Shown here: positions 35,922 through 48,871 of the stretch, piece after piece
Position numbering within the stretch: the first letter of the stretch is position 1
Layout of the letters: every line of letters begins with the position of its first letter
Notes under the pieces: model-generated
Databases searched by the model: none
Seen by the model: only the letters and a program-made list of their open reading frames with translations
What the model was told of the DNA's origin: nothing
Made by a program: the position numbers and the translations under genes
Source of the DNA: Callorhinchus milii
Lineage: Eukaryota
DNA: 64,000 bases
NCBI RefSeq assembly: GCF_018977255.1
Contig: NW_024704742.1
Span: 72,294,001 to 72,358,000, forward strand
Direction of reading: 5' to 3'

Positions 35922-38582
35922 CAACAACAACAACAAGATTCTATTTATAGAGCGCCTTTCACATCGGGAGGACGTCCCAAGGCGCTGTACAGTTGGGTCA
36001 GGATCCGAGCAGGGGGAAATGGTCAGGGTGAGGGGAGGGAAGGGAGGGGGCGATGAGGGGGTAGAGAGTCGAGAGGGGAGCTGAAGGCTCGGTCAAAGAG
36101 AAAGGTCTTGAGATCGGCCTTGAAGGAGGAAAGGGAGGAAGCGGCGAAGGCACTGGGGGATAGAGTTCCAGAGCCTCGGGGCTGAGAGGCTGAAGGCCCG
36201 GCCACCGATGGTAGGGCGGTTGGGGCGGGGGATGTGGAGCAGACCGGAGCCAGAGGAACGGAGGGTACGGGCAGGTAAGTAGGGGGATAGTAGGTTGGAG
36301 AGGTAGGAGGGAGCGAGGCCGTGAATGGCCTTGTAGGTGAGGATGAGGATCTTGAATTCGATCCTCTGGGGGATGGGGAGCCAGTGGAGGCGAGCGAGGG
36401 TGGGAGTGATGTGGTCGCGAAGCCTGGTGCGGGACAGTACACGAGCTGCAGAGTTCTGAATGACCTGCAGTGTGGAGGGAGGTGCCGGGAAGGCCGGCGA
36501 GGAGAGAGTTCCCATAGTCCAGCCTTGAGGTGATAAAGGCGTGGACCAGAGTTTCAGCAGCGTGAGGGGTGAGGTAGTGCCGTAGTCTGGCGATGTTCCG
36601 GAGGTGATGGAAGGCGGTGCCAGTTGTGGCGCGGATATGAGGGAGAAAGGACAGCTCAGGGTCGAACAGAACCCGAGGTTCCTGATGGCTTTGAGAGGTG
36701 GAGAGTGCAGCCTTGGATGCTGATGCTGTCAGCGCCTGAGGTGCGGAGGCGCTGACGTGAGCCAATCAGGAGGGCCTCAGTTTTACGCACGTTGAGCTGA
36801 AGAAAGTTGTCTCGTCCAGGACTCGATGTCGGACAGGCAGCTGTCAGGACATCGGTGGTCGTGGAGTTGAGGGTAGAGGAGGAAAGGTAGAGTTGGGTGT
36901 CATCCGCATACATGTGGAAGTTAACCCCATGTCTGCGGATGATGTCACCAAGGGGGAGCATATAGAGGGTGAAGAGGAGGGGACCGAGGACAGAGCCCTG
37001 AGGGACACCGCACGAGACAGTGCGGGGGCTGGAGGAAAAGCCGTTTGTGGAAACAAAATGAAGACGGTGGGAGAGGTACGACCTAAACCACTCAAGGACA
37101 GGGCCTTGAAGGTTGAGGTGGGAGGACAAGCGGTGGAGGAGGATAGCGTGGTCGACCGTATCGAATGCTGCCGATAGGTCGAGGAGGACGAGGAGGCAGA
37201 GGGAGCCCTGGTCACAGATGGTCAAGATGTCATTGGTGACCTTGACCAGGGCAGTTTCTGTGCTATGGGCAGCACGGAAACCCGACTGAAGGGGTTCGAA
37301 TAAAGAATGGGTGGAGAGGAAAGAGCGCAGCTGGGAGGCGACAACTCTTTCAAGGACCTTGGACAGGAAGGGGAGGTTGGAGATGGGCCGGTAGCTTGAT
37401 AGCTGCGACGCATCAAGGGAGGGTTTTTTCAAAGTGGGAGTGATGGTGGCAGTTTTTAAGGGAATGGGAACAGAGCCAGAGGAGAGGGACAGGTTGATGA
37501 TGTCTGTGATATGTGGGGCAAGGAGGTGGAGCTGAGAGATAAGGAGTGGAGTGGGGATGGGGTCAAGGGAGCAGGTGGTGGGTTTCAGGGATAGGATGAG
37601 TTTGGTGACAGAGGGTGGGGAAACGGGTACGAAGGTGTGTAGGGGAGGATGGGTAGGAGTCGGAGTGTGGGAGGGAGGGGTGGGTGGATGTTGGAGGGGA
37701 AGTGACTGCGTAGCGGATTCCCTTGATTTTGGATTCAAGGAAATCCAGCATCTCCTCGCAGTGAAGGTTGGAGGAGATGACCTGCGCGGGGTGGTGGGGG
37801 ACGGAGGAGTCGGGATGTGGTAGAAAACAGAAGCCTGGGGTTGTTCTTCGCCTCCAGGATTATCCTGGAGTAGAAGGACGACTTGGCCGAGGCTAGAGTG
37901 GAGCGGTAGATTTTGAGGAGGTCCAGCCAGATTTGTCGGTGGACCGTTAGGCCAGATTTGAGGCAGGTGCGTTCAGCGGCCCGCACCTGGCTCTTCAGTG
38001 AGCGGAGGTGGGTGGTGAACCAGGGGGAGGAGCGAGAGTAGGAGACAGTACAGGAGGTGATGAGGGCAAGAGTGTCGAGTGTGGAGGAGAGGGTGTTGTG
38101 GAGAAGGGTGTGAAGAGAAGAGGGGTCAGTGAGGGTTGAAGGCCAGAGGGAGAGGAGTTCAGAGGACTCCAAGGCAGCGGTTAGGGATTGTGGGGGTAAC
38201 TTCTTCCAGGGGCGGTAGAAGATGGTGGTGGGTCTGGTGGAGGTGGGGAGGGGGTGGAGGTGGTGAAGGAGATGAAGTGGTGATCGGAGACGGCCTTGTC
38301 GGTAATGGTGACATCCGAGACACTGAGGTGATCACCAAGTCGAGTCGCCAAGGTGGCCGTGACTGTGAATGGGGGAGTTGATGTGTAAGGAGAGGTTGAG
38401 TGAGGAGAGCAGGGAAGAGAAGTCCGAGGAGATGGAGCAGGAGGGGGTGAAGTGCAGGTTGAAGTCGCCCAGGATGATGAGGCGATCAGAGCAGAGGCAG
38501 AGAGATGTAAGAAGTGTCGAAATATCAGAGATGAAGGTGGGAGAGGTTTTAGGAGGCCGGTAGAGGAGGAGGATTTGCAGAA
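35922..38582 (-). mobile_element. L2 LINE, longest copy (partial APE endonuclease, RT, 3' end), with several frameshifts
   Basis: LYRPPK...LIILGDFNLH (APE). [64 protein letters not shown] and YADDTQLY (RT). (TTG)n tail. Confidence 0.96.
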
Positions 38583-38589
38583 CAAAAGT

Positions 38590-39640
38590 GGGAGAAAAAA
38601 GGTGTGTCTGGGACCAAGGTGATGTGGGAATGGTCACAGAAGAGGGGGAGGGGGAAGGTGAGCTGTTATGTTCTGAAATTGTCAATATCAAGGCCAGAGG
38701 GCTGTAAGGTTCCCAGCAGATAAATGAGGTACTGTTCCTCGAGCTTGCGCTGTGGCTCATTGGAACAGCGTAGGAGACCGTGAATGGAGAGGTCAGAGTG
38801 TGAGTGGGCGGGAGAGTTAAAATGGCAAGAAACCGGAAGCTCAGGGTTGTGCTTGTGGACAGAATGGAGGTGTTCGGCAAATCGCTCGCCAAATCTGCCT
38901 TTCATCTCCCCAACGTAGGGGAAACCACATAAATCGGTCTCACTTGAAATCTGTGTTTGGGGCCCTGGACAGTGGTATGGGAGGAGATGAAAAGGCAGGA
39001 GATGCATCTTCTGCGCTGGCTTGGGAAACCGGGGGAATCAGAAGAACTGTTGGTGGTGATGGAGGAATGAACCAGGGAGTCACGGAGGGAAAGGTCCCTT
39101 CGGAATGCTGAGTGGGGAGGGGAGGGAAAGATATTTTAGTGGTTTCGTTTCCACCTTCCACCCCTCCATAACATTCACATGGTCCATCTCCAACCCTTCC
39201 CTTTCTCGACTTCACCATTTCCATCTTGGGGATTATCAACAGATATTTTTTACAAGCCCACCAACTCCCATAGCTACCTGTACTACACATCCTCCCACCC
39301 CACCTCCTGTAAAGATTCCATTCCCTATTCCCATTCCCTCCGCCTCTGCCCATCTGCTCTGATGATGCCACCTTTCATGCCAGAGCAGCTGAAATGTCTC
39401 CTTTTTTCTCAACCGAGTGTTCTCATCCACTGTGGTGGACAGGGCCCTTGACCGTGTCCACCCTATTTCCTGCAACTCTACCCTCAACTCTTCCCCCTCT
39501 TCCCAGAACCGTGATAGGGTACGCCCTGATCCTCACTTTCCACCCCACTAGCCTCAACATCCAAAAAATAATTCTCCACCATTTCTGACACCTCCTGCAT
39601 GACCCAACCACTAAAAATATCTTTCCCCCCCCTCCACTTC
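38590..39640. mobile_element. Penelope element with 5' inversion (38590-39140 minus, 39140-39640 plus)
   Basis: Minus: YVGEMKGRFGERFAEHL...RKLEEQYLIYLLGTLQPSGL. Plus: FHPSITFTW, STDIFYKPTNSHSYLYYTSSHP. Confidence 0.88.
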
Positions 39641-40674
39641 AGAACGATGAAGGGTCCGATGAAGGGTTGTGGATGAAGAACGATGAAGGTTCTGACGAAG
39701 GGTTGTAGTCCTATGCTATGTTATGACATCAGCCTCTCCTCGAGCTCAGAAGCCCTGAGCTCAAGCTCGAGAAGCCGGAGGCATTTTCTATACATGTTTG
39801 TCAATGCACACAAGCATCCTGGAGTTCTCACATGGCACACATTGTCCATGCAACAGGTCTCAGCTGCCTGCGATATTCCCAGACACGTATTATATTATTT
39901 TAATACAATTATATGTTTTATAATTATGCACCACTTTCCCCCTCTTCAACAAATTCCCACTCTCACCAAATTCCTGCACAGAATTTCCACCCTGTTCCAT
40001 CCTCACTCAGGTTTGTCCTTGCTCTGCTGGGCTCTCTGGTTGAGAGCAGAGAAATTTATATATATTTTTTAAATTCACGAGGTTTTAACCTTTGCTTTTT
40101 ATTTGTTTTCAGTTTATTTTCCCCTTAATCTATTTTGCCTGTAACAATTTCAGAGTAAATAGGTAAACAAGTAACTTATCACCATTTGTCCCTTGCTCAC
40201 TCTCCTTAATACTTAACACATACTTCCTCAGGAATGTATATGAGGAAACAAAGTTCTCACCTGCACCTCCTTCTCCCGCTCATGTAATTCCCTATCAGAA
40301 TTTACACTGTGTTCCACCTGACTCAGGTATATTGTGACACAGCCGTGCTCTCTGCTCAAGTGAGGCTCACAGCATCAGCAGCAGTGGTGAGGAGGAGAAG
40401 GAGGAGGAGCAGCAGCAAGGAGGAGGAGGCTCCACTGGCTCCCCATCACCCGAACAGATCAACTCCAAGATCCTCACATTTGCGTTCAAATCCATTCACT
40501 CCCTGGCACCTCCCTACTTGTCCGACCTCCTCACTCTCCAATCCACCACCCGGCACCTCCGCTCGCCTGGCACTGGCCTCCTGCTCCACAACTGTTAAGC
40601 GCTCTGAGACGCTACCCTGCATGGAGGGCGCTATATAAGTGCAAGTTGTTGTTGTTGTTGACATGAGCTGCTGG

Positions 40675-41142
40675 AATGATTGAGGTCTGCCAAATTTATT
40701 TTGACTCTGGATTTAACCCAAGGTGATTGTCAAATGCTTTTAGCAGAGAATGAAAGACTACATGTACCCCCCATTTGGGCTACATCATTTCACAACAATG
40801 CTTTTTGGACTCTGTGGGGCAGCGACCACCTTACAGTGCCTTTAGCGGGCAAAGTGAAGGCTCTATTACAGTATCCCATGACCTCTACAAAAACCCAGGT
40901 CTGGTCTTTCTTGGGCTACCCAGCTACCATTGGAGGTTCATACCCCATTTTTCTATGCTGGCTGTCCCGCTAACCAATTTTACAAAAAAAGCAGCCCCAA
41001 ATAAGTTAAAGTAGTCTGAAGGGTGTCAGGAGGCTTTTGACGCCCTCATGCTCTCAGGTATCAGGAAGCCTTTGATGCTCTCCCAAACATTTAATGGGGT
41101 GGAGCATCTGTTACTGTACCTCAGTAGAAAACTATGCCCTAG
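40675..41142 (+). mobile_element. Ty3/Gypsy pol remnant (RT and start of RNase H), heavily deleted
   Basis: AKFILTLDLTQG, PFGLHHFTTMLFGL, TKTQVWSFLG/YHWRFIPHFSMLAVPLTN and LSQTFNGVEHLLLYLSRKL across frames. Confidence 0.85.
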
Positions 41143-43900
41143 TGTAAGGAAACTACTTTAGCAATGAATGAATCACAAATTAATGTGCACACAATTTAGA
41201 TTTTAAACAATAGTTTCCTTTATTAAAGTTCAGAATTTCTAACGATTACGCAAAGAGTATTAAACCACTATCTCAAAGCCCAATAATAGAGGCAACCAGG
41301 TTTTTCAGCATAAAAGCATGATCAGCATATTTATCCGGGAGCTACAGCAGGCATCTCGGAATCTTCAAATCTGCAACTAATCGATACTGACTAGAACCCC
41401 TTCTTTTATAACCCAAAAGGTCAAACTTCTACATGTAGGATGGCACATACCAGAGAACTCATCCATCATGTTCTCATTCCCAAAGAATGCCAATTCTCGT
41501 TTTAAGACACCCTGAAAGTCATAAAATAATTCCATGTGGGATTGTATCCTGGTTACACGATTTACGAACAATGATCTTTCCTTTGTGACCTTCTTGGGTC
41601 AACATGCAAGATAGTCAGTAATGCTGTCAGCGATTGCAAATATTCATCTCAGGAATTCCAATGATCTTTTAACCTTTCCTTCACATTCCAGAGAAAGTTC
41701 ACAAACAGCAACTGAAACCTTTAGTGATCAACTGTTTCCTTACAGTTCCCCACTTTGACACTTGATGAAAAAAGAGTAGAGTGTCACACGATCTGTTAGT
41801 GTCTCAGACAGAACCAATGGCTGCCCGGCCTTGTTCTTGGACCTTCCACAAATTCCACAAAATCTTTGGTAGGCTCTTCCACACTGGGGTATAACATGGA
41901 ACTCTGCTGACTATCTCCTTTGTAATCAAGAGTCTCCAATTGTTTCAAATCTCACTCTCCAACTTATCATGCCTGACTAATGCTGTATGCCAATCATTTC
42001 CAATACTTTTACTAATCTAGGTTGCCTGCTGCATGTACAGATTAAGGGTTACTGATCATACCTTTTGCATCATTCATCAAAATTATACAAAACAATATCA
42101 AAACTACACTATATTAATAACAACACATGCAAAACTAAATCAAAACGCATTACAACTCACATTCAGGAAATAAACTGAAGGTCTTTCTACATTGTTATGG
42201 AAATAATTTTTGTTGATGAAAGGAAAACATCTACAGTCTCCAAGTTGTACGCTTCAATTTACTGTGTAAACAAGTAATAATTAGTAATATAAAGATCAGG
42301 TCTGTAAGATAACGAAAGATTTAAATCCAAATTCCAACCATGTCCCTTCTAACAATAATATCTGATCCCCTTTAAGTAAGCGATCATTTAATTGTCCAGC
42401 TTTATGCATGTTATTGCTTATAAGAATTAAATGAGTATATTTTTGGTCCAGTAGATTGTGGATATCAAGTGACATGGGTTTTATTGGCACATCAAGGTTG
42501 GGTACGTAGTCCCCTGGGTTGATGGGCTCCCAACCTACAATATGGTGTCATTATATACAGGTATGGAAGTAGTCCTCTATAATTACCTAATAGTGTGGGG
42601 TAAAACAAAAATTTGGCACAAGGATGGGACATCCTAATAGAGCCATATACATAAGTTGTGGCATTGGTGACTGCACAATACTGTCCATTCATGTTATAAG
42701 TAACTTTAGCAGTATCCAATAATCCTTGCATTTGATATAGCACTTTTCACGTCTTCGATGTCTCAAAGCGCTTCACAGAATAGACTGTAAAGTGAATTGA
42801 CTGTATATTTGTGGGCGAAAAGCTATGTCAATTGCAAGGATTATTATTAGCAATCTCCTGTCTCCATTTAGTCAACCTGACTGGATACTTTGTTACTGAG
42901 TTGGTGGTATTATATGTTCGACTGATATTTTGATCAAATAATCCACAGATAGGTAAAGCCACATCACGTTGCTTTGACATGCATACCAATATCCAATTAA
43001 CTGAGCAAAGGTCGGTGTGAGGGTTAGTTCATCGCCGTTGTTGGTCATTATACACCAGTAACTGTGATATCTTAGTTCTGTGTGTATACACGTCTTTCTC
43101 CCATATTCCAACCAAATGAACTTTAAGTAGTCGGGTAAAAACAGATGTGGTCATATTAAGCACCGGTAAAGACATTGTAAAAGAAATATACAGGGGACTT
43201 ACTTGAGCAATTCTCGGACCCTCTACATTTGTTCCTGTTCGCTGTACTGTGACAAACTCCAAGCTATGAATTGTGGGCAAAGGAGGGTATCTCACAATCA
43301 CTAGCCTTTCTTTTACAATACCGTCGCTTCAAACCCTCATCTCTCAATAAATCAGGTATCATCCTAGTCTAGTAAGAGTCTGAAGCACATAGGATCCATA
43401 TGTAGTGAAATTTGTTGCCACAGCTATTTCCTTGCCCTATTCGTTCTCAGCAAGGATTAACTCACTTAATAAAAATAAATAATCCTTGCATTTGATATAG
43501 CACTTTTCACGTCTTCTAGACGTCTCAAAGTGCTTCACAGAATATACTGTAAAGTGAATTGCCCCGTCTCTGCACTTTACTTAGTGAACCTATCTGCCTG
43601 ATGGTTACCCACAGCATGCTCCCTGGTTTTCAAATGGGGCTTAACCTTAGTAATGTTAAGGGAACCGGTATAAGGCTCCATTAGGTGGAGGATATGACGC
43701 AAGAGGGAACCATAGGTAATCCTTTACATCATATCTGTCAAATCCACTCATATTTACAATTTTACCTGAGGAGTATTGTGACTGTTCGCGTTGCTCTTCT
43801 CAGAGAATACTTAGGGTGGCACCTGGGTCGACCAATAGTAGACCAATAGTATTTCCTTTGACTGTTCCCCATATGTGTGAACTGACAGCATCACCATCCA
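41143..43900 (-). mobile_element. Decayed endogenous retrovirus-like element: protease (~43740-43880), RNase H (~43560-43700), env-like (~42231-43300), putative 3' LTR (41143-42191)
   Basis: Manual minus-strand translation gives LLLVDPGATLSIL, KVKPHLKTREHAVGNHQADRFTK*SAETG, GQYCAVTNATTYVYG / CPILVPNFCFTP and a TM plus tail LIFILLIITCLHSKLKR. The TG...CA segment has a minus-strand AATAAA near its 3' end. Two SINE fragments are inserted (~42718-42850 and ~43470-43562). Confidence 0.72.
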
Positions 43901-43919
43901 TGGTTGCACATTCCACCTT

Positions 43920-44960
43920 ACAAAGCCAGTTCAGAAACTTGGCACCTTGTTTGACCCTCAACTATCATTTCTACCCCACATCAGTGCCATGCTCTGCCTT
44001 CCTCCACCTCTGCAACATCGCCCGACTCCGCCATTATCTCACACCGCAGGCCGCTGAAACCCTCATGCATGCTTTCATTACATCGAGGCTCGACTATGCA
44101 AACTCCTTGCTTGTCAGCCTCCCCAACTCCTCCCTCCATAGGCTGCAGATCATCCAGAACTCTGCAGCCTGTGTCCTCTCACTCATGAGGCTCTGTGACC
44201 CTATCATCCCCATCCTCGCCCGACTCCACTGGTTTCCCATCACACAGAGGATCCAATTCAAGATCCTGGTCTTCACCTTCAAAGCCCTCCATGGCCTTGC
44301 TCTCCCCTACCTCTGCGACCTCCCAACCCCCTACCATCCTGCCCACTCCCTCCACTCAGCGGGCTCTGGCCTGCTTCACATCCCCCGCCTCACTCGCCCC
44401 ACTATTCCGCCACTCTGCCTCCACCCTCTAGAACTCCATCCTGCAGTGCCTCCACCTCGTCCCCTCCCTTGTCTCCTTCGACGCCCATCTCAAGACCCTC
44501 CTCTTCGACCGTGCTTTTGATCTCCCTGCTTCCCCCCTGATCACCACCCTCCCCGATCCCAACCCCCAGCTCGGGTCCGAAACTCTGTCTGTCCATTGCC
44601 TTGGGATGTCCTCCCGACATGAAAGGTGCTATACAAATGTAATTTTGTTGTTGTTGTTTCCATGCTGCCCACAGAGACAGGTCAAATTGACAAATGATAT
44701 GTTGTCCATCTGTGACCAAGGCTTCTTCTGTTCCCATCCTCCTTGACCTCTCTTCTGCCTTTGACATCGTTGACCATTCTATCCTCTTCTACCGCCTCTC
44801 TTCTCACCTCAACCTTCATTATCTTGTCCTTGACTGGTTCAGATCCTACCTTTCACTTTGCTTCCGCAAACAGCTTCTCCTTCAGCCCTGCACCTTCATG
44901 TGATGTTCCTCAGGGCTTTGTCATTGGTCTCTTCTCTTCAACACTTATATGTTCCCTCTT
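43920..44960 (+). mobile_element. L2 fragments (3' end 43920-44660; RT piece 44680-44960)
   Basis: LHLCNIARLRHYLTPQAAETLMHAFITSRLDYAN and ILLDLSSAFDIVDH. Confidence 0.88.
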
Positions 44961-45405
44961 GGTATGTAAAATATTATACTCTCCACATTAAATGGTCATT
45001 GGCCATAGATAGGCTTGCAAAGCATGATGGCCTGGTTCGTTATCCAGACAATGAGGAGATTATCCAGAGAGAGGGTTTGTTATCTTGACAATGAAAAAGA
45101 TAACCAGAAGAAGGGTTTTATAACAACAACTTCCATTTATATAGTGCCCCCCAGGTAGGGCAGCATTCCAGAGAATCTGGGATAATATAATCGGAAGACC
45201 AACAGAGTGCTAATGATTGCTGCTAAGAAGTGAAAACAACTCTTTGTGATTGCAAGGCCAGTTGAAAACAATTTCTTATATGGAAGAACTCAAGAAGACT
45301 CACGCGATGAACTGGAGATAATTAAGTGGGAACAAGGCAATACCATAGAATTTCTCTGTCTTTATCACTTAAACAATGGTATGTGTTAAACTTGGTTGAG
45401 ACTGA

Positions 45406-45993
45406 ATGAAGGCTTTTGTACAACCAATTGGAGCCTCCTCCAGAATACCTTACAATTTGGCGAGCCAGCCACGAGAGATCACATTCATGAGGATGCTATC
45501 TAACCCAATGTTTTCCTTCAATGTGAAAATCCACCATGGAGACAAAAGTGGGTCCAACTTGAACATTACCTTTCTCCAAGGTGGGCCACTGAACTTGACC
45601 TGTTCAGCAACTGTAAATAACTCAAAACCATTTTTTATAATAATAAATGGAACCAGTTGGCAATGTTACTGGTTCTCTGACGGGAGTATGTCAGGATACG
45701 AGAACATAACCTGTGTACGAAATGATCAAGGCATGGGATGGAATTGGGGAGTTCTCTACTGTGCCAAACTGGGACCTGATGACTCCCTGAGGATAACTTG
45801 GCAACTCCTGTTCAATTACATCCAAACAACACATTCAGGATTCCAAATTGATCCATATTCAGCCAATGTTACTGTGAATATTAAGGAAAAAGAAGAAGTC
45901 AACAAAACAACTGAATCTGAATGCTTGGAGTCAACACCAGGGCTTGAGAATGGATTAATGCTGTGTTGGATACTCTTTGTTGGATGCCCTTGA
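45406..45993 (+). CDS. Intronless ORF encoding a putative Ig-like glycoprotein (195 aa), possibly viral or retroelement derived
   Basis: GGPLNLTCS (B strand), GVLYCAKLGPDDS (E-F), terminal beta strand NVTVNI, 7 N-x-S/T sequons and a short hydrophobic C-terminus. No clear signal peptide. Confidence 0.45.
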   Translation: MKAFVQPIGASSRIPYNLASQPREITFMRMLSNPMFSFNVKIHHGDKSGSNLNITFLQGGPLNLTCSATVNNSKPFFIIINGTSWQCYWFSDGSMSGYENITCVRNDQGMGWNWGVLYCAKLGPDDSLRITWQLLFNYIQTTHSGFQIDPYSANVTVNIKEKEEVNKTTESECLESTPGLENGLMLCWILFVGCP

Positions 45994-46839
45994 AGAAAAT
46001 AAGGAACAATTAACGAGGATGAATGAAAGGAGATCAGGAGCTAGAAAAGCAGGAAGCAGGGAGAACTGACTAAAGGGTTTTTTTTGGTGGGACTTTTGAT
46101 TTTGTAACTTGTGAGCTGATATAAAAGATTTTTGAGGTGAGGGAAAAAAAATACAGAGAGAAAGGGGTCTGATATCAGGCTAGGCCTGAGAGGAGACTAG
46201 AAAAAGGATGGGCAAAAGACTGGGTTTTTCCCTGTTCAATTATTTTTGTGACTGGTCGGGGGGGAAAAATAGGAGTGCGCAGGGGAAGGAGAGGAGACAT
46301 AAGATAAGGTGTAGCGTGGAAGAAGGAAAAATAGTAGAGAATAAGGTGTATGAAAGCACCAGTGGATATAGAACAAGAAGTAGGAGTCGAAATAGCACAG
46401 AAGCTGAAAGGAGAGTGGTGGGGGACAAGTAATGGTAGCAGTGAGAGGGGAATGGTGGTGGAGAAAAGAGAAGTGAAAGCAGAGGGAGGGAGGAGAAAGA
46501 CAAAGGAGAGAAAAGGACTGAGAAAATGGTGAGGAAAAGAGAGGAGAAAAATGAGAAAGCTGATGTAAAGCAAAGTGGGGAAATAGGAGAGGAAGATAGA
46601 GTGGGGAGTGGAAATAAGATGGCGGGAGCTGCGATGGAAATGGAAGTGGAGACAAAAGTGGATGGTGGTGAAGATGCAGCGGGAAGTCGTGAGGCAGTGA
46701 AGGTAAGCCCCAAAGCTGCAGCGGGAAGCCTTGAGGCCGCGGGGGGAAGCCGTGAGGACCCGGAGGTAGACCCTAAAGGCATGGCGGAAAGCCAGGAGAT
46801 AAGCCTCGAAGCCACGAGGAAAAGAACCCCTACCAGAGA

Positions 46840-47510
46840 GGAGATATTTTCTGCGATCGAATGGGGCGCACCTCGGGGCAGAGCCACGGGACAGGTGATG
46901 GAGGTGATCACCTCTTCCTGCATACGCCAAGGAGGTGTGGAAAAGGACACAGTGGCTACTCTCGCATTTTGTCCTGGGAGTTCTGCTGTCACTCCACCCT
47001 ATGCTGTACGGCCTCTTCCCAGGGATGCACGGAGAGACCGACATCGAATGTGCTTGAAGGGTCATCAACTCTGTGAAGGAAACCCTTCGGAACTGCTGAA
47101 ACCATATGGTGTTCAGACATGGAGACGGGTCGGTAAAGGTCTGCTACAGACTCATGCAGGCGAGCGTCATGGAGTAGGTCATGAGGGATGGGCTGAAGCT
47201 AGGCGTGGCCGAGGCTAAGGACAGATGGAGTCTGACCCCGGCTGGAGCAGCTCCACGATGAGTGTGTGCACGTCAGTGCCACCTCTCTGCACGGTAGGAT
47301 ACCTAAGTTCAGGGAAGCTTTGTAGAGAGGGACGCTTGACCTGTAACCAAAGAGTGTCCCAAGCTGTAATGTGTGTGGGTGGATTGATAAAAGTCTCTCC
47401 CCATAAAGTGGGGAGCAGTGGAGTGGGAATTTTGACTTGTCATCCAGTAAGGGAAGGAAGGCAGAGCTGGGACTAGCCCAAAGTGTAACTGCTCCCTGTA
47501 AATAAAGGCA
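46840..47510 (+). mobile_element. Tx1-type L1 remnant (ORF2 C-terminus, 3'UTR); low-complexity ORF1-like region upstream to ~46200
   Basis: YAKEVWKRTQWLLSHF...MLYGLFPGMHGETDIECA*RVINSVKETL...VMRDGLKLGVAEAK, recognised from recall as the C-terminus of Tx1-like elements. TGTAAATAAA at ~47497. Confidence 0.7.
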
Positions 47511-47639
47511 ACAGAATAGAGGAGCGAGGAGGCCCTGGTCTCTCCACGTGAGGAGAGTGGGAGACAGTAGTGGCCGACACAAGATAACTGGTACTTTTTT
47601 GACAATATTGAATTTAAAGTCGATGGGTGTTTTTTTTCC

Positions 47640-48870
47640 TGTTACGGGTGTTAATTATTAATTATGAATGTTTATGTGAGTTATGTATAACCATGAGCAC
47701 ATGTGTATGATTAACATTGATGTACGCTAATTTACCTAATAAGGGAAGAAGTGCCTTTGCTTAAAGAAAGCGGATGATTGAATGACCTAAGAAATCTTAA
47801 AGTCAGCAGAAAGAGGGTTCAACTCAGGCAACAAGCTGGTAAAAACCAGTCCAGGGAGGCAGTTATCAGGACCAACAGACAAGTTACATTAAACAGAACA
47901 ATTGATCACTTCAGGAGAGAAAAACAGTTTCAAGGCTGAGACAGGGAGACTGGTATGAGGAGATTAGCAAGGCAGGAGGATAGTCACGAGAGCTGAAAGG
48001 AATGCGTACAACCCCATCACTAAGGGGTACCAGCACAATAAGTAACATGTGCAGAATGAGATAAATAGATACGAGGAGAAGGGGCCAGTCAGAGGTTAAC
48101 ATAACCGTTAGAGTCAACGCAGTTTTCAGAAGTAACTAAGTTAAGAACAAACAAAGGTCAGGAAGGAAGATACAGGTGAGCTAAGAGCATTCCTGCACAA
48201 GTTAATTGAATTACGAGAGCAAGGGTCAAGAGATAGGAGATGCAGGACAATGACCAGGAAATGTCTGGTTATTGTCCAGAAGCTACTAGAAGGTATAAAG
48301 ATAAGAACAGAACCGGAGGGAAAGTGTTCCTCATCGAGGAGAAGACAGCGGAAGAGCTCTGTAGTCATCCTAGTGAAGGGCTGACGTCCTTGTGGGCTGA
48401 GCCACAGAGACGCAGGATGGAGAGCAGCTTTGCCCAAATTCTGAGACGGTCTTTCGATCGTCTGAGAGTTGGTATTTTTCGATACCAAGGTGAGGAAGAG
48501 ACAGAGGCAGAACAGAAAGGAAAAGAAGAGGGACAACAGGCAAAGCAGATCATCCGGCAAATCATTCTATTGACTGTATAGCGAGAGGTATCGGTCGATA
48601 GCAGGTGGGGAGACACTAGTGGGAGAGTCGTGTGAGCCGATAGCTGCCCAGACAAGAAGTCGCTGCCCAGAGAGAGCAGCGGGAAGAGAGAAAAAAGCTC
48701 TGTCAGCCCGTCACCTCTGATCGGGTAGTATAGTTCTATTAGAGACCCTTGGTTCATTTGGGTCCAACTTAGCGTATCGTCTATTGCAATATCGTGTTTA
48801 AATTACCATCGAATTGCCATGTGAATCATGATAACTGTTAATCAAACCACATCCGATCACTATAAATCAA
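47640..48870 (+). mobile_element. Possible LTR-like sequence
   Basis: Begins TGTTACGGG and is purine-rich and non-coding. The 3' end is cut by a SINE. No TSD or second copy seen. Confidence 0.25.
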
Positions 48871-48871
48871 G

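Noticed and set aside
46175..47218. Overlapping long ORFs on both strands, possible gag
   Set aside because: Purine-rich low complexity explains the open frames, and the recognisable part is a Tx1-type ORF2 C-terminus in another frame.
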